55,473 bases of DNA. Origin: a bacterium. GTDB lineage: Bacteria; Patescibacteriota; Patescibacteriia; Patescibacteriales; UBA12465. The stretch is taken from NCBI GenBank assembly GCA_021806615.1, contig JAJZRB010000007.1:1-55473 (forward strand), read 5' to 3'. This document shows, piece after piece, positions 20,033 to 30,138 of the stretch. Numbering within the stretch: position 1 is the first letter of the stretch; every line of letters starts with the position of its first letter. The position numbers and the translations under genes are program-made. The notes below the pieces were generated by a model. It was given only the letters and a program-made list of their open reading frames with translations, was not told the origin of the DNA and did no database searches.

Positions 20033-20656
20033 ATGTTTCACGAGACGCCCAATCTGATCAAATCTCACGATAAATTAAATGATCGGGCGGCCTTGATCGG
20101 GGAGCTAAGCCATTTAGGCGATATGAGCGGCAATCATCTGAAGTTCAGGCTTGATGAAGAAGGTGATTTCTCGGATAGCGCTATGAATGGCAGGGAATCG
20201 AAAGAGCCTATGAGCCAGAAAGCCCCGGCCGGCTTGGATGATAATGAGCGGGAAATATTCTTAGAAGCTTTTACCGGTTTGCATGATTTTTTAGGATCCC
20301 CGACCTTTACTGATGATTTTCACGTTGACAATGGGCGCCGGCGGATCTGGGAGCAGGAAAATTTAGAGAAGGTCAGCCCGGAAGCCAAGAAATATTATAA
20401 TTCCAACCGGCTGGCGACGAATGTCTATTCGGCGGTGATAGTCTATTTGGATTCTCTGCAAGACCTGCCTATTAGCGAGGAGGCGAAGAAAGCTCTGCAG
20501 GGCTTGAATCTAGAAGTCCCGGAGGAGCTATTGAAGGTTGATGAAGATGGCATTTTATTGTATCATAAACTATCTGACGAAGATAAGATAAAGGCCGTTG
20601 GAGGATTGGTCCGGGTGGTTAGAAAAACCATGGAAATATTAGAAAAATTGAATTAA
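20033..20656 (+). CDS. Hypothetical acidic protein inserted in str operon
   Basis: 207-aa ORF starting 4 nt after fusA stop; no recognised motif. Confidence 0.7.
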   Translation: MFHETPNLIKSHDKLNDRAALIGELSHLGDMSGNHLKFRLDEEGDFSDSAMNGRESKEPMSQKAPAGLDDNEREIFLEAFTGLHDFLGSPTFTDDFHVDNGRRRIWEQENLEKVSPEAKKYYNSNRLATNVYSAVIVYLDSLQDLPISEEAKKALQGLNLEVPEELLKVDEDGILLYHKLSDEDKIKAVGGLVRVVRKTMEILEKLN

Positions 20657-20665
20657 AAATTTATT

Positions 20666-21049
20666 ATGTTTCCGGAGCAGTTAAAAAAGATTTTAAAATT
20701 AGTCAAAAGAACCGGCGATAAAGTCGTTATTTTTGATGGTAATAATCCAGATGATTCCTATGTCATTATGGATTTTGATAAATATGCCGATCAGGCGGAA
20801 GTGGCGCCGTCAAGCGTTTCTGGCGAGGGGAATAATTTGGCTAATAATCAAGTTTCTAAATCCGAATCGCCATTAAATCTTAAAAAGAACGATAATTTGA
20901 CAGAAGAAGATTTAACTGATAAAATAAATCGCGAGATCTCGATGTGGAAAAATCGGGATGTTTCGTCTTTTCTGGGGGATGAAAATAAGCCGAAAAATGG
21001 CTGGCAGATTCCACCCAAAGTGAAAGATAAAGCGCAGGAAGTAGAATAA
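20666..21049 (+). CDS. Hypothetical protein, N-terminus resembles Phd/YefM fold
   Basis: 127-aa ORF; LVKRTGDKVVIF...YVIMDFDKY. Confidence 0.75.
   Translation: MFPEQLKKILKLVKRTGDKVVIFDGNNPDDSYVIMDFDKYADQAEVAPSSVSGEGNNLANNQVSKSESPLNLKKNDNLTEEDLTDKINREISMWKNRDVSSFLGDENKPKNGWQIPPKVKDKAQEVE
20897..20925 (+). promoter_or_regulatory. Internal promoter probably driving tuf
   Basis: TTGACA(20897)-17 bp-TAAAAT(20920) with TG extension, inside CDS 20666..21049. Confidence 0.6.
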
Positions 21050-21147
21050 AGTTTTAAATATTTTATAAATAATAATTAATTAAGTTCGGCTGGTTTCCTG
21101 ATATACAGGAAAGAAACCCCGTTTAACGGGGGCCTTACAACAAAAAC

Positions 21148-22338
21148 ATGGCAGCAGAAAAATTTGAACGCAGCAAGCCCCATGTTAACGTCGGTACTAT
21201 CGGCCACGTTGACCACGGGAAAACCACGTTAACCGCCGCGATGTTAGCCGTTTTCGCCGCGAAAGGCATGAAAGCGTCTCACAAGGGCGTTAACGAAATA
21301 GACGCCGCTCCGGAAGAAAAAGCGAGAGGCATTACCATCGCGACCGCGCACGTTGAATATGAATCAGACAAGCGCCACTATGCGCACGTTGATTGTCCGG
21401 GCCACGCCGATTATGTCAAGAACATGATTACCGGCGCCGCTCAGATGGACGGCGCGATCTTAGTCGTCGCCGCGACTGACGGCCCTATGCCGCAAACCAG
21501 AGAACACATCTTATTAGCTCGCCAGGTCGGCGTGCCGTATATCGTCGTTTTCTTGAACAAATGCGATATGGTCGAAGATAAGGAACTTATTGACTTGGTT
21601 GAAGAAGAGATCCGCGATTTGCTGAAGAAATATGAATTTCCTGGCGACACGACTCCGATCATCCGCGGGTCTGCTTTGAAGGCTTTGGAGAATCCGAACG
21701 GCCCCGACGCTGAACCGATCATGAAATTGATGGAGACTTTGGATACTTATATTCCAGAACCGGTCAGAGACGTTGATAAGCCTTACCTGATGCCGATAGA
21801 GGATATCTTCTCTATCGAAGGACGCGGCACCGTTGTTACCGGCCGTATTGAAAGAGGCGTAGTCAAGGTCGGCGATGAAGTAGAAATCGTCGGTTTGATG
21901 GATACGAAAAAGACGACTGTTACCGGCATTGAAATGTTCAATAAATCTTTGGATCAAGGACAAGCCGGAGATAACGCCGGCATCCTGCTCCGCGGCACTA
22001 AGAAAAATGAAGTAGAGCGCGGCCAGGTCCTTTGCAAGCCGGGTTCCGTCACTCCGCACACCGAATTCTCCGCTGAAGTTTATGTCCTGTCTAAGGACGA
22101 AGGCGGACGCCATAAGCCTTTCTTCAACGGCTATAAGCCGCAGTTTTATTTCAAGACGACCGATGTGACCGGCGATATTACTCTGCCGGCCGGTACGGAA
22201 ATGGTTATGCCAGGAGATACCGTCAATTTGAACATCAAATTGATCGCCCCGATTGCGCTTGAAGATAAGCAGAAATTTACTATCCGTGAAGGCGGCCGCA
22301 CTGTCGGCGCCGGCGCGGTGACTAAGATTATCAAGTAA
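21148..22338 (+). CDS. tuf: Elongation factor Tu
   Basis: [29 protein letters not shown]. Confidence 0.98.
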   Translation: MAAEKFERSKPHVNVGTIGHVDHGKTTLTAAMLAVFAAKGMKASHKGVNEIDAAPEEKARGITIATAHVEYESDKRHYAHVDCPGHADYVKNMITGAAQMDGAILVVAATDGPMPQTREHILLARQVGVPYIVVFLNKCDMVEDKELIDLVEEEIRDLLKKYEFPGDTTPIIRGSALKALENPNGPDAEPIMKLMETLDTYIPEPVRDVDKPYLMPIEDIFSIEGRGTVVTGRIERGVVKVGDEVEIVGLMDTKKTTVTGIEMFNKSLDQGQAGDNAGILLRGTKKNEVERGQVLCKPGSVTPHTEFSAEVYVLSKDEGGRHKPFFNGYKPQFYFKTTDVTGDITLPAGTEMVMPGDTVNLNIKLIAPIALEDKQKFTIREGGRTVGAGAVTKIIK

Positions 22339-22347
22339 TTGCTACTT

Positions 22348-22378
22348 AGACCCGCTCTCTCAATATAGGGCGGGTTTA
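22348..22378 (+). terminator. Hairpin / weak terminator after tuf
   Basis: AGACCCGCTCT...AGGGCGGGTTT. Confidence 0.55.
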
Positions 22379-22417
22379 TAGTGATAATTAAAATAATAAT
22401 TCGTTAATTAGTTCATT

Positions 22418-22753
22418 ATGTCCGAGACCAAAAAAGAAGAAAAAGAATTTAAGCAAAGGATCAGAATAAAGATCAGAGCTTTTGATCATAAGATTATTGA
22501 TCAGTCTACCAAGACTATCATCGAGACCATCGAAAGAAGCGATGCCCAATTTTTCGGGCCGATCCCGCTTCCGACTGAGAAACGGAAATATACGGTAAAC
22601 CGTTCCACCTTCGTGCATAAAGATGCTCGCGATCAGTATGAAATGAGGACGCATAAGCGGATGATAGACATTATTGATCCGACCGCTAAAACCATTGAAG
22701 ATTTGACGAATTTGGTGTTGCCGGCCGGGGTTGACGTAGAAATAAAAATGTAG
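22418..22753 (+). CDS. rpsJ: 30S protein S10
   Basis: [27 protein letters not shown]. Confidence 0.97.
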   Translation: MSETKKEEKEFKQRIRIKIRAFDHKIIDQSTKTIIETIERSDAQFFGPIPLPTEKRKYTVNRSTFVHKDARDQYEMRTHKRMIDIIDPTAKTIEDLTNLVLPAGVDVEIKM

Positions 22754-22775
22754 TAATATAAAAAGATAATATAAA

Positions 22776-22945
22776 TTGGCTAATAGCCGCCTAAATAACT
22801 CTTAAGTTTAAGAAAGTGTTTAAGCAAAAATTAGCTAAAATTTTGGAGGTAAACCAGCACGACAAGAAATCATAAAAATAGGGGATAGAATTATTTTCTT
22901 ATTAACGATTTTTTAGAGCTGGTTTCAAGAGCCAGTTTTTGTTTT
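22776..22945 (+). promoter_or_regulatory. Candidate structured r-protein leader / attenuator upstream of rplC
   Basis: Two long hairpins plus terminator 22915-22945 whose 5' arm can instead pair with AAACCAGC 22851-22858. Confidence 0.5.
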
Positions 22946-22961
22946 ATAAAGGAAAATATTT

Positions 22962-23723
22962 ATGAAATTTATCAGCGGAAAAAAATTAAGCATGACTCAG
23001 ATTTGGTCTGGCGACAAGGTAGTCGCCGTGACCCCGGTTGCCGCCGGACCATGCACCATAACGCAAGTTAAGAATAAAGCGAGAGACGGCTATGAGTCCT
23101 TGCAGCTCGCTTACGGCGAACGCAAGGTCAAAAATATCAAGAAGCCGCAACAGGGGCACTATCAGAAATCCGGCCTTAAGGCCGCGGCTCATGTCCGTGA
23201 ATTCAGGGTAGCTGATACGGCCGGTTTTAAAGCGGGCGATGTGGTGACGGTGGATACCTTCAAAGTCGGAGATTCTATCGATGTTACCGGCACTTCCAAG
23301 GGCAAGGGTTTTCAGGGCGTAGTCAAACGCCATCATTTCCATGGTTTTCGGGCGACGCACGGCAATAAAGATCAGGAAAGAATGCCCGGCTCTATCGGCC
23401 CGAAAGGCCCGGCCCACGTTTTTAAAGGTACGCGCATGGGCGGCCGTATGGGCGGCGTCAGAGTAACGACGACTAATTTGAAAATCGCGGCTATTGATGC
23501 CGAAAAAAATATTCTTTTCATCGCTGGCGCCATTCCGGGAGCGGTTAACGGCTTCGTGATGATCAAAGGCGAGGGCGATCTAGTGGTTAATACTCAAGCG
23601 GCTCCTGCCGCTCTAGCGGCAACTGAAGCGTCTCCCGCCGCGGACGCGGCCGAAGTTAAGGCTGAGCCCGTAGCGGTGGAAGCGGTTTCTTCCGCCCCGG
23701 CTACAGAAGAAGTAAAAAATTAA
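22962..23723 (+). CDS. rplC: 50S protein L3 with Ala/Glu-rich tail
   Basis: GTSKGKGFQGVVKRH, PGSIG. Confidence 0.97.
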   Translation: MKFISGKKLSMTQIWSGDKVVAVTPVAAGPCTITQVKNKARDGYESLQLAYGERKVKNIKKPQQGHYQKSGLKAAAHVREFRVADTAGFKAGDVVTVDTFKVGDSIDVTGTSKGKGFQGVVKRHHFHGFRATHGNKDQERMPGSIGPKGPAHVFKGTRMGGRMGGVRVTTTNLKIAAIDAEKNILFIAGAIPGAVNGFVMIKGEGDLVVNTQAAPAALAATEASPAADAAEVKAEPVAVEAVSSAPATEEVKN

Positions 23724-23751
23724 ATTGCGTATTAAGCCGTTTTCCAAATAT

Positions 23752-24396
23752 ATGAAAATCAAAGTTTATAATCAAAGCGCTGAGGCCGTTAAAGAACTGG
23801 AATTATCCGATAAGATTTTCGGCGTCAAAGCGAATAATGAATTATTGCATCAAGCGGTCGTAGCTAGCCAAGCCAATAATCGCCAGGTCCTGGCCCATAC
23901 TAAGGATAGGAGCGAAGTAAGAGGCGGCGGCAAGAAGCCGTGGAAGCAGAAGGGAACCGGGCGTGCCCGCGTCGGCTCTAGCCGTTCTCCGCTTTGGATC
24001 GGCGGCGGCGTGACTTTCGGTCCGACCAAAGACCGTAATTTCAAGCAAAAAATAAATCAGAAAATGAAACAGAAAGCCATGTTCATGGCTCTCTCCGATA
24101 AATTGTCTTCTAATTCTCTCATTATCCTTGATAAGCTGGCCTTCGCGGAATATAAGACTAAATTATTTAATGCTCTTCTGGATTCGTTGGAAAAAAAGGT
24201 TTTGCAGAATGACCGCCGCAATATCTTGATTATCAACGACGGGAAAAATGAACAGGTGAGTTATTCCGGACGGAACCTGAAGGGAGTAAAAATAATCAAT
24301 TTGGAAAATATTAATTTATTAGATCTGTTAAGCCACAAGAATTTATTATTGACTGAGGCGGGCGTTAAAATTCTGACGGATCGTTATCAGAAATAA
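23752..24396 (+). CDS. rplD: 50S protein L4
   Basis: RSEVRGGGKKPWKQKGTGRAR. Confidence 0.97.
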   Translation: MKIKVYNQSAEAVKELELSDKIFGVKANNELLHQAVVASQANNRQVLAHTKDRSEVRGGGKKPWKQKGTGRARVGSSRSPLWIGGGVTFGPTKDRNFKQKINQKMKQKAMFMALSDKLSSNSLIILDKLAFAEYKTKLFNALLDSLEKKVLQNDRRNILIINDGKNEQVSYSGRNLKGVKIINLENINLLDLLSHKNLLLTEAGVKILTDRYQK

Positions 24397-24413
24397 ATAT
24401 AAAATAAAGATAT

Positions 24414-24893
24414 ATGGCTTTATTCGGCAAAAAACAATCAGCGAAAGAAGAAAAACCGGCGGCTAAGACAGCTGCTCCGGCCGCTCCAGCCGGGAAGACC
24501 TCCTCTAAACCTTCCAGCATGCAGGATTTATATAATGGCACTGTCTCAGAAAGCAAGAACGCCGGCCCTAAATCCAGCTCGGCCAAGGCGGCGGTAGGAG
24601 CCAGCCCAGCTTGGTTGCAGGCAGTTCTGTTAAAACCGGTTATCACTGAAAAAGCGACTAATCTGGTATCCGCTAATAAATATGCTTTCGTTGTCTCTAA
24701 AGAGGCGAATAAGATTTCCGTCGCTAAGGCGGTGCGCGCCCTATATGGCGTTAAGCCTTTAGGCGTCAATATACTGAATCGCCGCGGCAAGAAAGTGGCA
24801 CGCGGGAAAGTCCGGGGGGAGAGAAGCGACGTCAAGATAGCTTTAGTCACTTTGCCCCAAGGCACTAATCTGAAAGTTTACGAAGGCGTTTAA
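24414..24893 (+). CDS. rplW: 50S protein L23 with N-terminal extension
   Basis: PVITEKA, ANKISV, KIALVTL; position between rplD and rplB. Confidence 0.92.
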   Translation: MALFGKKQSAKEEKPAAKTAAPAAPAGKTSSKPSSMQDLYNGTVSESKNAGPKSSSAKAAVGASPAWLQAVLLKPVITEKATNLVSANKYAFVVSKEANKISVAKAVRALYGVKPLGVNILNRRGKKVARGKVRGERSDVKIALVTLPQGTNLKVYEGV

Positions 24894-24917
24894 TTTATAT
24901 ATTTTTAGTTTGCTCAT

Positions 24918-25754
24918 ATGGCTATTAAAAAAGTAAAAGCAAATACTCCCGGTCGGCGCGAAGCGACTTTTGACACTTTCAGCGATCTGACTAAATTTGC
25001 TCCGGAGAAACGGCTGGTCGTGATTAAGAAAAAGCGCGGCGGAAGGAACGCGAGCGGCAAGATCACTGTCCGCCATCGTGGCGGCGGCGCTAAGCGCTAT
25101 GTCCGCTTGGTTGATTTTAAGCGTGATAAATACAATGTCCCGGCGATAGTCGCGGCTATAGAATACGATCCGAATCGCGGCGCGCGCCTAGCCTTGTTGA
25201 ATTATACGGACGGCGCGAAAAGATATATCATCGCTCCGACTGATTTGCAGGTCGGCGAGCAAGTGATGAGCTCTAAGGAGCTTATTGAGATCAAAAACGG
25301 CAACGCCCTGCCTTTACAGTTCATCCCGGCCGGCATGCCGGTCAGTTGCGTGGAATTAGAACCGGGCCAAGGAGCCAAGATAGCTCGTGGCGCCGGCAAC
25401 GTCGTCTATGTCATGGGCGTGGAAGGAAAATATGCTCAATTGAAAATGCCATCCGGCGAAATCCGCCAGGTCAAGAAAGAATGCTTATGCACTATAGGCC
25501 GGGCGAGCAATCCTGATCGTCGCCATATTTCCTTAGGCAAAGCCGGACGCAGCCGACATTTAGGCATTCGTCCGACAGTTCGCGGTACGGCCATGAATCC
25601 GGTCGATCACCCACACGGCGGCGGCGAAGGCAACCAGCCGATCGGTCTACGTCATCCGAAAACGATGTGGGGCAAACCGGCGCTCGGCGTTAAGACTAGA
25701 CGCAAGCGTTCCAGCGATCGTTTAATAATTAATCGTCGCGCTAAGCGGAAATAA
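24918..25754 (+). CDS. rplB: 50S protein L2
   Basis: [25 protein letters not shown]. Confidence 0.98.
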   Translation: MAIKKVKANTPGRREATFDTFSDLTKFAPEKRLVVIKKKRGGRNASGKITVRHRGGGAKRYVRLVDFKRDKYNVPAIVAAIEYDPNRGARLALLNYTDGAKRYIIAPTDLQVGEQVMSSKELIEIKNGNALPLQFIPAGMPVSCVELEPGQGAKIARGAGNVVYVMGVEGKYAQLKMPSGEIRQVKKECLCTIGRASNPDRRHISLGKAGRSRHLGIRPTVRGTAMNPVDHPHGGGEGNQPIGLRHPKTMWGKPALGVKTRRKRSSDRLIINRRAKRK

Positions 25755-25762
25755 ATAAATAT

Positions 25763-26050
25763 ATGTCCAGAAGTTTAAAAAAGGGGCCTTACGTCGACTT
25801 ACGCCTCCTGAATAAAATAAAAAATTTGAAACCGGGCGATAAAACGGTAATCAAGGTCTGGAATCGCGCTTGCACGATCACCCCGGAAATGGTCGGCTTC
25901 ACTCTCGGCGTCCATAATGGCAAGGCTCATTTGCCGATTTATATCGTAGAAAATATGGTCGGCCATCGCTTAGGCGAATTCGCTCCGACCCGCAAATTCC
26001 TCGGTCACGGAGGCAAGATGGCTAAGTCGCAGGCCGCGGATAAGAAATAA
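25763..26050 (+). CDS. rpsS: 30S protein S19
   Basis: [23 protein letters not shown]. Confidence 0.97.
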   Translation: MSRSLKKGPYVDLRLLNKIKNLKPGDKTVIKVWNRACTITPEMVGFTLGVHNGKAHLPIYIVENMVGHRLGEFAPTRKFLGHGGKMAKSQAADKK

Positions 26051-26070
26051 TTTTTAATCTTTAAGATTAT

Positions 26071-26577
26071 ATGGAAGTTAAAGCCAGTTTAAAACATTTG
26101 AGAATGTCGCCGCGGAAAGTCCGTCTGGTGATTGATGTTATCCGTAAAATGCCGGTAGAGGCGGCTTTGGACCAGTTGCGATTTATTAATAAATTAGCAG
26201 CCACCCCGGTAGCTAAATTGATCAAATCAGCTATCGCTAATGCCGAAAATACCTATAGCTTAGAGCGGAGCAATCTATATATTAAGGAAATCCGTTCGCA
26301 TGAAGGCGTGATGCTCAAACGCTGGATGCCGCGCGCTCATGGCCGGGCGACATCTATCCGCAAACGCGGTTGCCATCTTGATCTTATTCTGGCCGAAATC
26401 AAAGAGAGCGGCAAGAAAGAAAAGAAGGTCGTTAAGGCGGCCGATCCGGTGAAATTAGAGAAATTAGCTAAGGATAGCGAACAAGCTGCTAGCAAGGTCG
26501 TGCCGAAAGTCGCTAAAGAAAAAGGCAAGAAGGCGGCCGGAGAGAAAACTAAGATGTTCAGACGTAAAGCCGGTTAA
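26071..26577 (+). CDS. rplV: 50S protein L22 with C-terminal extension
   Basis: SPRKVRLV, SAIANA, PRAHGRA. Confidence 0.96.
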   Translation: MEVKASLKHLRMSPRKVRLVIDVIRKMPVEAALDQLRFINKLAATPVAKLIKSAIANAENTYSLERSNLYIKEIRSHEGVMLKRWMPRAHGRATSIRKRGCHLDLILAEIKESGKKEKKVVKAADPVKLEKLAKDSEQAASKVVPKVAKEKGKKAAGEKTKMFRRKAG

Positions 26578-26602
26578 TTAATATTCGTTAATTTTGAATA
26601 CT

Positions 26603-27283
26603 ATGGGTAAAAAAGTTAATCCAAAAATTTTCCGCATGGGTATCACCAAGACTTGGCCGTCCCTCTGGTTTGAAAAGGGAGATAAATATGTCAAGAATAT
26701 CCGCCAAGACATCGGCGTCCGTCGTTATTTATTGAAAGAATTCAGGGAAGCCGGCGTGGATAAAGTGGAAATAGTGCGTAGCATCAGCAAAGTGGAAATC
26801 AATATTACTACGGCGAAACCCGGTATTATTATCGGTCGTGGCGGCAATGGCGCGGAAGAATTGAAGAAGAAGCTGCATGATAAATTCTTGAAGAATCTGC
26901 GTCCGGGAGAAATCAACCTGAATATCAAAGAATGCGGTCGTCCGAATCTAAGTTCCCAGATAACCGTTCAGAGCATGATTTTAGAAATAGAGAAGAGAAT
27001 GCCTTTTCGAAAAGTAATGAAGCAGACGCTGGGCCGTATTGAACGGGCCGGCGCTTTAGGAGCGAAAATCGTTATTTCCGGCCGTTTGAACGGAGCCGAG
27101 ATTGCGCGGACGGAAAAATTGGTTTGGGGCAAAGTGCCGCTGCAGACCTTGCGAGCCGATATTGATTACGCTCGCGGCGCCGCGCATACTACCTATGGCG
27201 CCATTGGCATCAAAGTCTGGATTTATAAAGGAGAAGTATTCGCCAAGGAAAAGGCGGCTAAGGGCGAAGTAATCGCCGACTAA
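26603..27283 (+). CDS. rpsC: 30S protein S3
   Basis: KPGIIIG, SGRLNGAEIARTE, PLQTLRADIDY. Confidence 0.97.
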   Translation: MGKKVNPKIFRMGITKTWPSLWFEKGDKYVKNIRQDIGVRRYLLKEFREAGVDKVEIVRSISKVEINITTAKPGIIIGRGGNGAEELKKKLHDKFLKNLRPGEINLNIKECGRPNLSSQITVQSMILEIEKRMPFRKVMKQTLGRIERAGALGAKIVISGRLNGAEIARTEKLVWGKVPLQTLRADIDYARGAAHTTYGAIGIKVWIYKGEVFAKEKAAKGEVIAD

Positions 27284-27303
27284 AATAAACATTGCGAAAT
27301 CAT

Positions 27304-27711
27304 ATGTTAATGCCAAAGAAAACTAAATGGAGAAAAGATCAGAAGCGCCGTCGGGGCGGGAAAGCGAGCCGTAATCTGAATATCAGCTTCGGCAGCTATG
27401 GCCTGAAGAGCACGACCGCTTGCTGGGTAACTTCGCGTCAGATTGAAGCCGCTCGCCGGGTGATGACCCAATATGTCAAGAAAGGCGGCCAGATCTGGAT
27501 CAGGATCTTTCCGGATAAGCCGGTTACTATCCATGGCGGAGAAATTCCTATGGGTAAAGGCAAGGGCGCGGTTGACCACTATGTCGCCGTTATCAAGCCA
27601 GGCACCGTCATGTTCGAGATGGAAGGAATAAACAAAGAGACAGCTAAGAAGGCGATGGAACTGGCTGGGCATAAATTGCCGGTCAAATGCCAATTTATCA
27701 GCAAAGAATAA
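27304..27711 (+). CDS. rplP: 50S protein L16
   Basis: RQIEAAR, WIRIFPDKP, MGKGKG. Confidence 0.97.
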   Translation: MLMPKKTKWRKDQKRRRGGKASRNLNISFGSYGLKSTTACWVTSRQIEAARRVMTQYVKKGGQIWIRIFPDKPVTIHGGEIPMGKGKGAVDHYVAVIKPGTVMFEMEGINKETAKKAMELAGHKLPVKCQFISKE

Positions 27712-27719
27712 ATAATCAT

Positions 27720-27905
27720 ATGGATAAAAAAGAATTAAGCGCTAAAAACTCGGCTGAACTCCAGACCTTATTGGCGGCCACTCGGGAAAAATTACGCGAA
27801 TTGCGTTTTAAGGATTCTAATAAGCAATTAAAAAATATCCGGGAGATAAGAGCCACTAAAGAGTTGGTGGCCCAGATTTTAACCTTGTTAAATAAGAAAA
27901 AATAA
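27720..27905 (+). CDS. rpmC: 50S protein L29
   Basis: EL...LRELRF...QLKN...VAQILT; gene order. Confidence 0.9.
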   Translation: MDKKELSAKNSAELQTLLAATREKLRELRFKDSNKQLKNIREIRATKELVAQILTLLNKKK

Positions 27906-27906
27906 T

Positions 27907-28188
27907 ATGGCGAGCTCTAAAGTTATCAAAGACAGCAAAGTATCACCGGCTGCGCCGGCTCTCATCAGCCGCCGTTTTCAGGGGGTTGTCGTGAGCGACC
28001 AGAATGATAAGACGGTCGTTGTCAAGGTGGAAAGCGTTAAGAAACATCCTAAATATCAGAAGCGCTATACGGTCAGCCGCAAGTATAAAGTCCACGATGA
28101 AACTAATCAGTATCATGTCGGCGATAAGGTTACTTTTATAGAATGCCGCCCTTTGAGCCGCGATAAACGCTGGCGAGTAGTCAAATAA
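27907..28188 (+). CDS. rpsQ: 30S protein S17
   Basis: GVVVSD, HPKYQK, VHDE, ECRPLS. Confidence 0.96.
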   Translation: MASSKVIKDSKVSPAAPALISRRFQGVVVSDQNDKTVVVKVESVKKHPKYQKRYTVSRKYKVHDETNQYHVGDKVTFIECRPLSRDKRWRVVK

Positions 28189-28210
28189 GACCCATAAATA
28201 CAATAAATAT

Positions 28211-28585
28211 ATGGTGCAAGTACAAACATATTTAAAAATCGCTGATAATTCCGGCGCCAAAGAGGTGCAATGTATCCGTGTTTTAGGCGGCTACAAGCGT
28301 CGCTATGGACGCGTCGGAGATATTATCGTGGCTGCGGTCAAATCGGCCGTGCCGCATGCGGCTGTCAAGAAAGGCGATGTCGTTAAAGCGGTTATCGTCC
28401 GCACTAAGAAAGAAATCCGCCGCGCCGACGGTTCCTATCTCCGTTTTGATGACAATGCTTGCGTCATTATTGTCGATTTAGAAAAGAAAGATCCGAAAGG
28501 AACCCGTATTTTCGGCCCGGTCGCGCGCGAAGTGCGCCGCGCCGGTTTCGTGAAGATTGCCTCTTTGGCGCCTGAAGTTTTATAA
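28211..28585 (+). CDS. rplN: 50S protein L14
   Basis: [31 protein letters not shown]. Confidence 0.98.
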   Translation: MVQVQTYLKIADNSGAKEVQCIRVLGGYKRRYGRVGDIIVAAVKSAVPHAAVKKGDVVKAVIVRTKKEIRRADGSYLRFDDNACVIIVDLEKKDPKGTRIFGPVAREVRRAGFVKIASLAPEVL

Positions 28586-28595
28586 ATCCATCAAT

Positions 28596-28919
28596 ATGCA
28601 TATCAAAAAGAATGACATTGTCAAAATTTTAGCCGGTAAGGATAAAGGCAAGACCGGTAAGGTCCTGCAGATCCTGCCGACGGAAAAAAGGGCCAGCGTT
28701 GAAGGCTTGAATCTGCTTATCAAGCATTTACGCCCGCGCAAAGAAGGCGAACAGGGACAGCGCATAGAATTTCCAGCTTTCGTATCCATATCCAATTTGG
28801 CTCTGGTTTGCCCGAAGTGCGGCAAAGCGACGAGAATCGGAGCAAAGATAGTCAAGACTGAAGGGAAGGCGGACAAGAAATTCAGGGTTTGTAAAAAATG
28901 CCGTGAAATAATTGAGTAA
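28596..28919 (+). CDS. rplX: 50S protein L24
   Basis: KOW motif AGKDKGKTGKV, VEGLN. Confidence 0.95.
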   Translation: MHIKKNDIVKILAGKDKGKTGKVLQILPTEKRASVEGLNLLIKHLRPRKEGEQGQRIEFPAFVSISNLALVCPKCGKATRIGAKIVKTEGKADKKFRVCKKCREIIE

Positions 28920-28934
28920 AGTCATTATATCTAT

Positions 28935-29480
28935 ATGAGATTAAAAGAAAAATATAAAAAGCAAATCGTGCCGAAGATGGAAGAGAAATTCGGTTTTAAG
29001 AATGATATGCTCGTGCCGCAGATCGTCAAGGTAGTCTTGAACGTCGGTTTCGGCAACCATCCGAAGGAAAAGGAATTCATGGCGAGCGTGGAAAAGGGAT
29101 TGACTAAGATTACCGGCCAGAAGCCAGTATTCACTAAGGCCAAGAAATCAATTTCCGCTTTCAAGATCAGGGAAGGGCTGGTTATCGGCGCTAAAGTCAC
29201 TTTGCGAGGCCAGAGAATGTATGACTTTATTGAGAAATTAGTCGACGCGACTTTTCCGCGTGTCCGCGATTTCCGCGGTATCAGCGACAAGGCGGTCGAT
29301 GGCCAGGGCAATCTGACTGTCGGTTTTAAAGATTACGCGGCTTTTCCAGAAGTCCGTTTGGAGGAAGTGGATAATAATTTCGGTTTGGAAATCTCCTTAT
29401 CCACTAATGCCAAAACCCGCGAGGAGGGTTTAGAATTATTCCGCCTCCTCGGGTTTCCATTTAAAAAAGACAGCAAATAA
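28935..29480 (+). CDS. rplE: 50S protein L5
   Basis: [20 protein letters not shown]. Confidence 0.97.
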   Translation: MRLKEKYKKQIVPKMEEKFGFKNDMLVPQIVKVVLNVGFGNHPKEKEFMASVEKGLTKITGQKPVFTKAKKSISAFKIREGLVIGAKVTLRGQRMYDFIEKLVDATFPRVRDFRGISDKAVDGQGNLTVGFKDYAAFPEVRLEEVDNNFGLEISLSTNAKTREEGLELFRLLGFPFKKDSK

Positions 29481-29491
29481 TTTTAATATAT

Positions 29492-29677
29492 ATGGCAAGA
29501 ACTGCATTACTAGTCAAAGCATCAAGAAAACCGAAATTTTCAACGCGGACCATCCGCCGTTGCTGGCGTTGCGGCCGTAACCACGGCTATATGCGCGATT
29601 TCAAATTATGCCGTATCTGTTTCCGGGAACTCGCCGATAATGGAGATTTGCCGGGTATCCGCAAGTCTAGCTGGTAA
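29492..29677 (+). CDS. rpsN: 30S protein S14 type Z
   Basis: RCWRCGR...[14 protein letters not shown]. Confidence 0.96.
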   Translation: MARTALLVKASRKPKFSTRTIRRCWRCGRNHGYMRDFKLCRICFRELADNGDLPGIRKSSW

Positions 29678-29704
29678 ACATATAAATTAAGAAACAAGAA
29701 AAAT

Positions 29705-30115
29705 ATGATGGATCCCATCGCAGACATGTTCACAAGAATTAGAAACGCTTCCGCGGTCAGGAAGACGGAGATCGTTTTGCCGCTCAGCAAATTGAAATAC
29801 GAAATCGCCAAGATTTTGGAAACGGAAGGCTGGGTGAAAAAAGTCTCTATCAATCCAGGCGGCCTGAAGGGCCGGCACAGCAGCTTTGACGAACTGAATA
29901 TCCAGCTGAAATACCGCAAGAACGGCAAGCCGCAGATAGCGAGCATAAAAAGGATCAGCCGTCCCGGCTTGAAGATTTATGTTGGACATGATGAAATGCC
30001 GACGGTTCTGAATAATTTCGGCATCGCCATAATTTCCACTTCTCGCGGACTGATGACTAATAAGCAGGCGAAGAAGGAAAAGATCGGCGGCGAAGTCCTG
30101 GGAGAGATATTCTAA
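29705..30115 (+). CDS. rpsH: 30S protein S8
   Basis: DPIADMFTRIRNA, ISRPGL, STSRG. Confidence 0.97.
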   Translation: MMDPIADMFTRIRNASAVRKTEIVLPLSKLKYEIAKILETEGWVKKVSINPGGLKGRHSSFDELNIQLKYRKNGKPQIASIKRISRPGLKIYVGHDEMPTVLNNFGIAIISTSRGLMTNKQAKKEKIGGEVLGEIF

Positions 30116-30138
30116 ATTATCTTTAAGCATTACACTAT

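Noticed and set aside
21514-22113. Long antisense ORFs over tuf, fusA, rpsE, rplW and asnS (e.g. 45786..46583)
   Set aside because: Shadow frames of conserved genes with no independent signals
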